Source: Nitrosopumilaceae archaeon (lineage in GTDB: Archaea; Thermoproteota; Nitrososphaeria; Nitrososphaerales; Nitrosopumilaceae). From it: a stretch of 32,000 bases of DNA. The stretch's first letter is position 1. Every line of letters starts with the position of its first letter. The translations under genes were made by a program, and so were the position numbers. This document shows positions 9,143-17,214 of the stretch, piece by piece. Under the pieces are notes generated by a model. The model saw only the letters and a list, made by a program, of their open reading frames with translations, was not told where the DNA came from and searched no databases. The stretch is taken from assembly GCA_035528495.1 (NCBI GenBank), contig DATKYM010000100.1:72784-104783 (forward strand). Direction: 5' to 3'.

Positions 9143-9961
9143 TTGCTTTTTGTGATAGTAAAGATTTTTTTTGTTTTAGCCATATTGATGTTTTCTAGCA
9201 TTCAGGCTTTTGCTCAAAGTGATGAAATTCCATTTCTTGTTGTAAAAACTGACGATAATCACTATGATGAGGGCGACATAATTGTAGTGTCAGGCCAAGT
9301 CCAAACTGTGATTGTTGAAACTCCAATTATTCTTCAAATTTGGTCCCAGGGAAATATGATTGACATTGCTCAATTTTTCCCAGCACAAGATGGTAGTTAT
9401 TCCCAAACAATTATTGCAGAAAAACCATTATGGAAAAATCAAGGGGAGTATGTGATTAGAATATCATATGGTACCGCAAATATTGCCGAAGCCTCAATTA
9501 CTTATACACCAAGGCAAGAATATCTGAAAACTACAGATAGTTTTGAGGTACAAATTCCAAATGGTGGTACCTTCGACCTAGAATATACCATCAATGGAGG
9601 AGAAGTCAAGAATATTATTCTTGACCCAAATAATTTCACTTTATTAATCCAAATCGATTCACCAGATGAGGGAACAATCTCTCTAAAAATTCCCAGAGAA
9701 TCCTTGGATGCTGAAAAATCTGACGGTCAAGATGAGACATTCATTGTTCTAATTGATGATATTCAAGTTCCTTATGAAGAAACAGAGACTAATTCCCAAT
9801 TACGATTCATCTCAATTAATTTTGAAGAAGGAGACTCTGAAATTGCAATCATAGGGACATTTATTGTTCCAGAATTTGGTGCAGTGGCCGCATTAATCTT
9901 AATATCAGGAATTATAATTTCAATAGGAATTTCCAAAAATAAGTTACTATTAAAAATTTAA
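9143..9961 (+). CDS. secreted surface protein with diverged PEFG-type tail, paralogue 4 (module A + module B)
   Basis: Signal peptide …FFVLAILMFSSIQAFA/Q. Module A (KTDDNHYDEGDIIVVSGQV…FPAQDGSYSQTIIAEKPLWKNQGEYVIRISYG). Module B (…INGGEVKNIILDP…EGTISLKIPRESLDAE…FIVLIDDIQV…GDSEIAIIGTFIV). Tail PEFGAVAALILISGIIISIGISKNKLLLKI. The start is non-AUG (TTG 9143 or GTG 9152); the first in-frame ATG (9188) would truncate the signal peptide. Confidence 0.8.
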   Translation: MLFVIVKIFFVLAILMFSSIQAFAQSDEIPFLVVKTDDNHYDEGDIIVVSGQVQTVIVETPIILQIWSQGNMIDIAQFFPAQDGSYSQTIIAEKPLWKNQGEYVIRISYGTANIAEASITYTPRQEYLKTTDSFEVQIPNGGTFDLEYTINGGEVKNIILDPNNFTLLIQIDSPDEGTISLKIPRESLDAEKSDGQDETFIVLIDDIQVPYEETETNSQLRFISINFEEGDSEIAIIGTFIVPEFGAVAALILISGIIISIGISKNKLLLKI

Positions 9962-9968
9962 ATTTTAA

Positions 9969-11126
9969 TTAAAAAGAATATTTTTCTTTAAAGGGTGAAA
10001 AAGCCCGCAGTTCTTTGACCACGTTTTTTAATATTTCAACAGTTTTATCCATCTCTTCTAAATTATTTGATGTCCCAATAGTGAGTCGTAAAGAACCTGT
10101 TATTTGCTCGTGAGAAAATCCCATTGCTTGGAGTACATGAGATGCTTTTTGTATTTGGACTGAACATGCAGAACCCGTAGATGCAGCAATTCCGAATTCA
10201 TCGAGTTTAATTAAAAGATCTTCGCCGTTAACGCCAAGAAAAGTCAAGTGAACATTATTTGGTAATCTTTCTTCAGGATGACCATTCAAGGTAACTTCAG
10301 GAATTTCTTGTATGATTTTGGTAGAAAGATAATCTCGTAATTCTTTCATTTTGGTGGAATTCTCCAAAAGATTAATGCTTGCCAGTTCACAGGCTTTTCC
10401 AAAACCTACAATGTTAGCTACATTTTCTGTTCCTGAACGTAAACCATTTTCTTGGCCACCACCTAGAATAATTGGATCTATTGAGATTCCATTTCTAATG
10501 TATAAGGCTCCTATTCCTTTAGGACCGTTAATTTTATGAGAAGAAATCGAAAGAAGATCTATTCCTAATTCTTTTACATTTATTGGGATCTTTCCTGTAG
10601 CCTGAACTGCATCAGTATGAAAAATAATATTTTTTTCTTTACAGATTTTGGCAAAATCAAATATTGGTTGAATTGTTCCCACTTCGTTATTTCCAAACAT
10701 GATAGAGACAAGTAAAGTATTTTCGGTGACGGAATTTTTTAAAATCAATGGATCTACCAATCCATAATTATTTACGGGTAGATGGATTATATCAAATCCC
10801 TCCTTGGCCAATATTTTACACGGCTCCAAAATCGCATCATGTTCGATCGATGAAGTGATAATGCGAGACTTGGGATTTTTCTTTGTTATTCCAAAAAGAA
10901 CCATATTATTTGATTCAGTACCTCCAGAAGTAAATAGAATTTCAGAAGGATCGGCGTTAATTAAATTTGCAATCTGTTTTCTTGCTTTCTTTACAGCTTT
11001 ACCTGCATCGCGGCCATACCTATGAATTGATGAAGGGTTTCCATATTGTTCCTTTAGATAAGGTAGCATTTCTTCAAGTACTAATTCATGTATTTTTGTA
11101 GAGGCAGCATTATCTAGATAAATCAA
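9969..11126 (-). CDS. nifS: cysteine desulfurase, NifS/IscS family (PLP-dependent, class V aminotransferase fold)
   Basis: Canonical N-terminus MIYLDNAAST, PLP-lysine block SSHKINGPKGIGALYIR and active-site Cys loop STGSACS. TTG start (11126-11124) overlaps the larE stop as TTGA. Confidence 0.92.
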   Translation of the reverse strand: MIYLDNAASTKIHELVLEEMLPYLKEQYGNPSSIHRYGRDAGKAVKKARKQIANLINADPSEILFTSGGTESNNMVLFGITKKNPKSRIITSSIEHDAILEPCKILAKEGFDIIHLPVNNYGLVDPLILKNSVTENTLLVSIMFGNNEVGTIQPIFDFAKICKEKNIIFHTDAVQATGKIPINVKELGIDLLSISSHKINGPKGIGALYIRNGISIDPIILGGGQENGLRSGTENVANIVGFGKACELASINLLENSTKMKELRDYLSTKIIQEIPEVTLNGHPEERLPNNVHLTFLGVNGEDLLIKLDEFGIAASTGSACSVQIQKASHVLQAMGFSHEQITGSLRLTIGTSNNLEEMDKTVEILKNVVKELRAFSPFKEKYSF

Positions 11127-11932
11127 TCTGCGATCACATTTATTTTTCCTGGTTTATACCCATCAGGATCTACAATAACATCTAAAAATCCAATTAATTT
11201 TAGTTTCTTGATAATATCTTCTAGAATTGCGCTATCCCTTAAAATCTGAATTTTGTCTTTTTCTACTTCTATTTTCGCTATACCATTTAAATCTCTCACC
11301 CTGACTTGTTTTAATTTTGTTCTTTGTTTTACAATTGTTTCTCCAAACTCTATTCTAAGTAATCTTTCAGATGTAATTTTTTGACCCCAAGGAATCCTAG
11401 ATGCTAAACAAGAATTAGAAGGTTTATCATAAACTGATAATCCAACGGATTTTGCAATTTCTCTAATTTCATTTTTATTTAATTGATTTTCTACTAATGG
11501 GCTTCGAATACCATTTTGTTTTAAAGCATCTATCCCAGGCCTATATTCCCCTAAATCATCCAAGTTTGTGCCATCCACAATTAATTCAATATCATGTTTT
11601 TTTGCTAAATCGACTAAATGAGTGCTTAATTCGTTTCTACAATGAAAGCATCTTTTAGAATCATTATTTACAAAATCTTCATTTTCAAGCTCATCATAAT
11701 CTATTAGAATTTGAGATATTCCAATTTCCGAGCAAATTTGTTTTGAAGTTTCAAGTTCTTCTTGTGATAATGTTTTGTAATCAGCAGTAACTGCAATAGC
11801 AGAAGATCCTAATTTTTGATATGCAGCATATGCTACTAAAGCACTATCAACTCCACCAGATAGAGCGACAAAAACACGATTCTTATCTTCAAACCAATTC
11901 GTTAGATTTTCAAGTTTAGTCATGTTCAACAT
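11123..11932 (-). CDS. larE: LarE-type ATP-dependent sulfur transferase (PP-loop ATP pyrophosphatase) for nickel-pincer nucleotide cofactor synthesis
   Basis: PP-loop LSGGVDSALVA, a LarE-like SNSCLASRIPWG block (Cys175) and a CFHC pair (Cys95/Cys98). It lies 2 nt downstream of larC and overlaps the cysteine desulfurase gene. Confidence 0.88.
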   Translation of the reverse strand: MLNMTKLENLTNWFEDKNRVFVALSGGVDSALVAYAAYQKLGSSAIAVTADYKTLSQEELETSKQICSEIGISQILIDYDELENEDFVNNDSKRCFHCRNELSTHLVDLAKKHDIELIVDGTNLDDLGEYRPGIDALKQNGIRSPLVENQLNKNEIREIAKSVGLSVYDKPSNSCLASRIPWGQKITSERLLRIEFGETIVKQRTKLKQVRVRDLNGIAKIEVEKDKIQILRDSAILEDIIKKLKLIGFLDVIVDPDGYKPGKINVIAD

Positions 11933-11934
11933 TC

Positions 11935-13152
11935 CTACCGTATGATTTCTTTTCTAATCAATAGTTCGGTTTCCTTAATTGATTTATTGAGGTGGTTTGC
12001 GATTTTTTTCAAATCGTCAAATTCAATTTTAAAGGTAGATTTTCCTTTAAAAGTTGAAGATTTGTATCTTACATCAAAGATTTCATTTTCCAAAGTTATT
12101 TTTACTTCATTGGTTGTTCTTGGGACAGTTATTCTATCAGAGGACATAACTCGTATTCCCAAGGTTCCAGTTTCGGTAATCAAAGTATCAGTTATCTTCT
12201 CCATGGTGGTATAATCACATATTATAGATACAAGATTTGTGGGTCTGCCTTTTTTTGTAATTCCATGATAAATGGATGCATCCTTGGCACCATCAACCAT
12301 AATTTTTTCAATTAGATTTCCCAATATTTCCCCAGAAACATCATCTACATTTGTTTCGAGAATAATAACTGAATCAGTTTCAAAATTATTTTTTAACCCC
12401 TTTACAATTTTTACCACATTAGAGAAATTATCAAAATCATTTTTCCCTGCCCCATATCCAATAGAATTGATTTTCATTGAGGGATAAAATTCAATTGGAG
12501 TATTAGTTAAATTTACTAAAATACAGGCCCCAGTCGGAGTAGTTAATTCATTTTTTACAATACTGCCATGAATTATCAAATTAGAATTTTTTAAAATTTC
12601 AAGAACTGCACTTGCAGGATTAGTCATTGTTCCATGTGAGAAAGTTATCGTGCCACTTCCAACACAAATGGGCATAGAGACGATTTCGTCATCGAAAAAG
12701 CCTAAATCATCAATTGCTATTCCAACTCCTATTATGTCAACAAGAGTATCAATGCTTGATGCCTCATGGAAATGAACAGATTCTATTGAAATTCCATGAA
12801 TTTTTGATTCAGCTGCAATAAGAGTATCAATGCAAGATTCCACAAAAATTTTTGTCCTCTTAGATAGCCCCAATTCGTTTGCTGATTTTTTTATAGCTTG
12901 TTTAATTTCAGAGCCCTTTCTTTCATGTGTTTTTTCATCGATATCTAAAATTAACGCAGTGGATTCTATTCCATGTTTATTGACTTTGATAAAATCAATT
13001 TTTTTTATGTTAGAATCTGGAAGAAATTTTTTTGAAGATTGTATTCCATCAAGTATCTTATTTTTATTTGCCCCCAAATCAACTAAGGAGCATAAAATCA
13101 TATCCCCAGATATGCCAGCTACATATGGATCTATAACGATGACCATAGACAA
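11935..13152 (-). CDS. larC: LarC nickel insertase (DUF111/UPF0272 family)
   Basis: 405 aa. The N-terminus …VIDPYVAGISGDMILCSLVDLGAN matches the LarC/DUF111 signature (…D.FSGISGDM.LGAL.DLG). Size and synteny with larE fit. Confidence 0.88.
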   Translation of the reverse strand: MSMVIVIDPYVAGISGDMILCSLVDLGANKNKILDGIQSSKKFLPDSNIKKIDFIKVNKHGIESTALILDIDEKTHERKGSEIKQAIKKSANELGLSKRTKIFVESCIDTLIAAESKIHGISIESVHFHEASSIDTLVDIIGVGIAIDDLGFFDDEIVSMPICVGSGTITFSHGTMTNPASAVLEILKNSNLIIHGSIVKNELTTPTGACILVNLTNTPIEFYPSMKINSIGYGAGKNDFDNFSNVVKIVKGLKNNFETDSVIILETNVDDVSGEILGNLIEKIMVDGAKDASIYHGITKKGRPTNLVSIICDYTTMEKITDTLITETGTLGIRVMSSDRITVPRTTNEVKITLENEIFDVRYKSSTFKGKSTFKIEFDDLKKIANHLNKSIKETELLIRKEIIR

Positions 13153-13238
13153 AAAATAACTAAAAATGCATATAAATTATGTCTAATTAATTCACAAATT
13201 TCACTAGATTTAATTAATGAAATTTAACACATCTTTTC

Positions 13239-14153
13239 ATGATTACAATTATAGGATCCGGAAAGGTTGGTGGAGATGCAGCATTATTTTCTGCATTAAA
13301 ACGATTAGACGATCAAATATTGTTACTTGATGTTGTTGATGGACTCCCTCAAGGAGAAGCAATGGATATCAATCATATGTTATCAGAGCAAGGAATTGAC
13401 GTAAAGGTTACAGGTTCTAATAATTTTGCCGACATGGAAGGTTCTAAAATAGTTGTAGTTGTGGCAGGTTCTGGAAGAAAACCCGGAATGACTAGAATGG
13501 ATCTTTTAAAAATCAACGCTAATGTTGTTAAAAGCGTTGTTGAAAATATAAAAAAACATGCAAATGATTCTATGATTATCCCAGTTACAAACCCCTTAGA
13601 TCCAATGGCTTACGTCACTTACAAATCATCAGGATTTGAGAAAAACAGAGTTTTTGGAATGGGTGGAATGCTAGATTTGTCAAGATTTAGACAATTTATC
13701 CATGAAGCTACAGGACATTCTCGTGATTCCATTAGAGCGCTTGTAATAGGGGAACACGGTGAAAACATGTTACCACTTCCTAGGTTTTCATCTGTTTCAG
13801 GTATCCCTCTATCTTCATTTCTACCAAAAGAAAAATTAGATGAAATTGTTCAAAATACAAAGCAAGTTGCGGCAAGAGTAATTGAATTAAAGGGGGCAAC
13901 TGTTCATGCTCCTGGAAATGCCATCTCTGCAATTATAGAATCAGTTGTAAGAGATAGGAAACAGATAATTCCAGTCGCCACATATCTTGATGGGGAATAT
14001 GGGCATTCAGATGTCACAATTGGAGTGCCAGCAATAATCGGAAAGAACGGCGTAGAAAAAATAATAGAGTTAGATCTTAATGACGAAGAGAAAAAAATAT
14101 TTGATCTAGGGGTAAAAAATGTAAAGGAAGCCATTTCGGGTATGGAAATCTAA
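13239..14153 (+). CDS. mdh: malate dehydrogenase, LDH-like family
   Basis: Rossmann start [12 protein letters not shown]. The substrate loop [15 protein letters not shown] has Arg at the position that is Gln in true lactate dehydrogenases. Also GEHGENM and a typical length of 304 aa. Confidence 0.9.
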   Translation: MITIIGSGKVGGDAALFSALKRLDDQILLLDVVDGLPQGEAMDINHMLSEQGIDVKVTGSNNFADMEGSKIVVVVAGSGRKPGMTRMDLLKINANVVKSVVENIKKHANDSMIIPVTNPLDPMAYVTYKSSGFEKNRVFGMGGMLDLSRFRQFIHEATGHSRDSIRALVIGEHGENMLPLPRFSSVSGIPLSSFLPKEKLDEIVQNTKQVAARVIELKGATVHAPGNAISAIIESVVRDRKQIIPVATYLDGEYGHSDVTIGVPAIIGKNGVEKIIELDLNDEEKKIFDLGVKNVKEAISGMEI

Positions 14154-14156
14154 GCC

Positions 14157-14163
14157 TTTTTTT
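14157..14163 (+). terminator. oligo-T run just after mdh stop
   Basis: T7 starts 3 nt after the TAA of mdh. However, larB begins only 24 nt later at a forced TTG start, so read-through or co-transcription is also plausible. Confidence 0.3.
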
Positions 14164-14186
14164 ATTCAATAACAATTTAATCATTA

Positions 14187-14972
14187 TTGGAAATTCAAGA
14201 AATTCTAGAATCATTGGAAAGGAGAAAAATTTCTACTCAAACTGCCAAAAAAATGTTGTCACTTTATTCAATCGAACAAATAGAAAATATAGCTAAAATT
14301 GACGTAAATAGAAGAAAAAGAAGAGGAATACCTGAAGTAATTTTTGGAGAAAGTAAATCTATTGACGAAATAAAGAAGATCCTCAAAATTACATTGGAAA
14401 AAACCAATTCAGTAATTGTGTCTAGAATAAAACCAGAAGATTATCCTAAAATAATTTCTTTTTGTAAACGATTGAAAATAAAAATAAAGGTGGGGAAAAA
14501 ATCATCCTCACTTTTATTATTTAAAAAACCAATTAAATTCAATGGAGGTAAAATTGGGATAATAACTGCAGGGACATCAGATATTGGAGTAGCAGAAGAA
14601 GCAAGATTGATGTGTGAAGCTATGAATTGCAAAAGCATTACAAGTTATGATGTTGGAGTTGCAGGAATTCAACGAATATTTCCTATTTTAAAAGAAATGA
14701 TAGAAAAAGAGGTTGATTGCGTCATAGTTGTAGCTGGAATGGAAGGTGCTTTGGCAACATTGGTTTCTTCTATGGTAGATATTCCCGTTATTGGAGTACC
14801 TACATCTGTTGGATATGGTTATGGTGAAAAAGGAATTGCAGCCCTTGCTTCAATGTTACAAAGCTGTTCGCTGGGCTTATCTGTTGTAAACATTGATAAT
14901 GGAATTGCAGCAGGTGCCATTGCAGCTAATATTTCCAACAGAGTCAATGGCAAAAACAAAAAGACGGAATAA
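14187..14972 (+). CDS. larB: LarB, pyridinium-3,5-biscarboxylic acid mononucleotide synthase (PurE/AIR-carboxylase-like)
   Basis: N-terminal helix plus …NRRKRRGIPEVIFGESKS…, then GIITAGTSDIGVAEEA and VVAGMEGALATLVSSMVDIPVIGVPTSVGYG, all characteristic of LarB. The TTG start is forced: an in-frame TAA lies at 14178-14180 and the homologous N-terminus begins immediately after it. Confidence 0.88.
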   Translation: MEIQEILESLERRKISTQTAKKMLSLYSIEQIENIAKIDVNRRKRRGIPEVIFGESKSIDEIKKILKITLEKTNSVIVSRIKPEDYPKIISFCKRLKIKIKVGKKSSSLLLFKKPIKFNGGKIGIITAGTSDIGVAEEARLMCEAMNCKSITSYDVGVAGIQRIFPILKEMIEKEVDCVIVVAGMEGALATLVSSMVDIPVIGVPTSVGYGYGEKGIAALASMLQSCSLGLSVVNIDNGIAAGAIAANISNRVNGKNKKTE

Positions 14973-15066
14973 TACTAATTTTTTGAATTTTTCGAACTTG
15001 TGTTCATAATTGGAGAATTTAACCTCGTAAATCATATATAAGATATCAAATCGAAACTGGATAGTA

Positions 15067-16644
15067 TTGTCGGGTAAAAGAATTGTTTTAACTGCAGATC
15101 GTAGTTTGATGACAAATTATCGAGGAAATTTTCTTTATGGATTTATTGCGTGTGGCCCATATGAAGTCCTTCCAGAATGGGTCTTCGACAAAGTTTTCTG
15201 TCCACCTGTTGAAACAAACCCGATAACTGGTGAAGTAAAAGTTGCACAAGTAGGGCTAAGAAGAGTGGAGAGTTCTCTTCTTCAAGGATACAAAAGAGAC
15301 GAGGTGTTTATTGCAAATCCTGAAATGTTGGACAAATCAATTGGACCAGATACTAAAGTTGTTGGAATAAATGTCATGGATCCACTTGGAATGGCTCCTG
15401 TAACAACAACAATGTCTCCTGAAAAATTATCTTATGTTGCCATGAAATTTAAAAAAATGTGTGCCAATATTATCCAACTCAAAAAGAAATATGATTTTAA
15501 AGTTGTAGTTGGAGGTAACGGTGCTTGGGAATTAGCAAAATCAGATAGAATGAAAATTCATGGGATAGACACCGTGGTGGTAGGTGAAGCCGATGAATTG
15601 GCCTTGGATTTATTTCGTGATTTAGAAAAGGGAGACGCACCAGAGTTGATGCATTGTTTTGTAAGAAATATACAAAACATTCCAGTTATTGAAGGTCCAA
15701 CAATTAATTCACTAATAGAGGCAATGCGAGGATGTGGAAGAGGTTGTGATTTTTGTGATGTTAATAAAAGATCCAAAAAAGATCTTCCATTAGAAAGACT
15801 TCAACATGAGGCAAAAATAAATCTGGATTACGGTTTTGATTCAATTTGGTTGCATTCAGATGAAATGTTATTGTATGGATGTGATAATCGAGATTTTATC
15901 CCAAATAGAGATGCCATTACAGAATTATGGAAAGGACTAAAAGGATTAGGTGCAAATTTTATTGGGACAACACATATGACTTTCTCTGCAGTTGCAGCAG
16001 ATGAAAAGTTAATGCAGAATATTTCTCAAATTAACGAACAAGATGTAACCGGTAGATGGCTTGCCACTAATTTAGGAATTGAAACTGTTTCGCCGAATTT
16101 GGTAAAGAAACATCTTGGTGTTAAAACTAAACCTTTTGCACCTGAAGAATGGGGAAGTGTAGTCAGAGAGGGGGCTAAAATATTAAATGAAAATCATTGG
16201 TTCCCAGCTGCAACAATTATCATCGGCTGGCCAGATGAAACACCAGATGATAGTCAATATACGATAGATATGATTAGTGATTTCAGAGCCATGAACTTTA
16301 GAGGGCTGGTTGCACCATTACTCTATCAAGACTTTAGTGAAAAAAACTCCATGCATTTTGGAAATTTGAACGAGGCTCAGTTTACATTGTTTTGGAAATG
16401 TTGGGAAAATAATCTTCGTGTTATTAATGATATTATTCCAATTATTCTTAGAAACAAAACATATGGTCCACCAATGAAGATATTCATGTATGGAATTCTA
16501 AAAGCTGGTACTTGGGCAATAATGAGATATCTTCGAGGCTTATGTAAAGATCTATTTAATGGAAGAACACCGGATGAAATTATCGACAAGTATGCACGTG
16601 CCAGATCAGTGTCTGCACCAACGATTCAAACAAAGAAACTATAG
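15067..16644 (+). CDS. radical SAM enzyme with N-terminal Rossmann/B12-binding-like domain (function unassigned)
   Basis: CxxxCxxC motif CGRGCDFC at 15733-15756 (Cys223/227/230), about 220 aa into the protein. An upstream pattern (KVVGINVMDP…FKVVVGGNGAWE) is possibly reminiscent of cobalamin-binding-domain radical SAM proteins. The start is TTG 15067 (first possible start after the in-frame stop at 15028-15030) or ATG 15109. Confidence 0.85.
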   Translation: MSGKRIVLTADRSLMTNYRGNFLYGFIACGPYEVLPEWVFDKVFCPPVETNPITGEVKVAQVGLRRVESSLLQGYKRDEVFIANPEMLDKSIGPDTKVVGINVMDPLGMAPVTTTMSPEKLSYVAMKFKKMCANIIQLKKKYDFKVVVGGNGAWELAKSDRMKIHGIDTVVVGEADELALDLFRDLEKGDAPELMHCFVRNIQNIPVIEGPTINSLIEAMRGCGRGCDFCDVNKRSKKDLPLERLQHEAKINLDYGFDSIWLHSDEMLLYGCDNRDFIPNRDAITELWKGLKGLGANFIGTTHMTFSAVAADEKLMQNISQINEQDVTGRWLATNLGIETVSPNLVKKHLGVKTKPFAPEEWGSVVREGAKILNENHWFPAATIIIGWPDETPDDSQYTIDMISDFRAMNFRGLVAPLLYQDFSEKNSMHFGNLNEAQFTLFWKCWENNLRVINDIIPIILRNKTYGPPMKIFMYGILKAGTWAIMRYLRGLCKDLFNGRTPDEIIDKYARARSVSAPTIQTKKL

Positions 16645-16962
16645 TTTTTCAATTGCAAAATCAGCAATTGTATTTCGTTTTGGAGTTAAAGACACAAAAT
16701 AATTTTTATCAGCTCTTTCAATTGAATCTACTTTTTTGAAAGATTTTGACGTAAAATCAAATTCATAGATTCCAGGCTCAAGTGTTCCTTTAGCATATAT
16801 CATCAGATACGTGTCATCTGATGAAGATCCTAAGGGAATAAAAGACATAACATAACCTTTGTAAGAATTTATTGGCATTGTATTTTTCATTGGAGGTGCT
16901 GCTGAGGACATATACATAAAGACGTCTTCAATAGAATCAAATTCTTCATATTCTATTTGCAT
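16639..16962 (-). CDS. hypothetical small soluble protein (107 aa)
   Basis: Clean ORF with non-repetitive, protein-like composition. An A/T-rich TATA-like element lies about 25-30 nt upstream of the ATG. No recognisable motif. Confidence 0.55.
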   Translation of the reverse strand: MQIEYEEFDSIEDVFMYMSSAAPPMKNTMPINSYKGYVMSFIPLGSSSDDTYLMIYAKGTLEPGIYEFDFTSKSFKKVDSIERADKNYFVSLTPKRNTIADFAIEKL

Positions 16963-17042
16963 TAATTTTGCATGATCTTTTTAGTATAATAACTTAGAGT
17001 AAAAATCCCCAAAAATATGGAATTTCAAAGGAAGTAAAAAAT

Positions 17043-17192
17043 CTAAGATGTAGTATTTCTTGATTGTTTATTTTTAATAATCTTAATAATCACAGCCATC
17101 ACAATTATTATTATTGTTAAAATAAATGCCAAAACACCAATTTCTATAGTAAATAAAAACACATTGGAAAAAAGGGTCAAAAAGAAATTCAT
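17043..17192 (-). CDS. possible small single-pass membrane protein (49 aa from internal ATG)
   Basis: MNFFLTLFSNVFLFTIEIGVLAFILTIIIIVMAVIIKIIKNKQSRNTTS is one strong hydrophobic helix plus a basic tail. It starts 22 nt downstream of the 323-aa gene. Only composition supports it. Confidence 0.3.
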   Translation of the reverse strand: MNFFLTLFSNVFLFTIEIGVLAFILTIIIIVMAVIIKIIKNKQSRNTTS

Positions 17193-17214
17193 TTTAATTC
17201 TGAAAAGAAAAAAA

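Noticed and set aside
6429-9961. Interpreting the PEFG array as a mobile or horizontally acquired island.
   Set aside because: There are no integrase, transposase, tRNA target or flanking inverted repeats. Base composition is indistinguishable by eye from the flanking core genes (the RNAP operon and nifS). The direct repeats are internal gene ends rather than att-like sites.
13239-14153. Reading the Rossmann dehydrogenase in the Lar cluster as an L-lactate dehydrogenase, which would fit lactate racemase biology.
   Set aside because: The substrate-specificity loop has Arg (SGRKPGMTR) where LDHs have Gln. This points to malate or oxaloacetate specificity.
10351-14638. Antisense ORFs inside nifS, larC, mdh and larB (10351-10539, 10804-11025, 11942-12214, 12272-12487, 12830-13159, 13904-14134, 14441-14638).
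   Set aside because: Each lies opposite a gene with strong family motifs. Their sequences are Phe/Ile/Ser-rich, as expected from reverse-complemented AT-rich coding DNA.
15067-16644. Assigning the radical SAM protein as the tetraether lipid synthase (Tes/GDGT-MAS) or definitively as a GDGT ring synthase.
   Set aside because: The protein has only 10 scattered Cys and a single CxxxCxxC motif. I see no additional Cys clusters of the kind expected for the multi-cluster tetraether synthase. A Grs-like identity cannot be established by eye, so the call is kept at family level.
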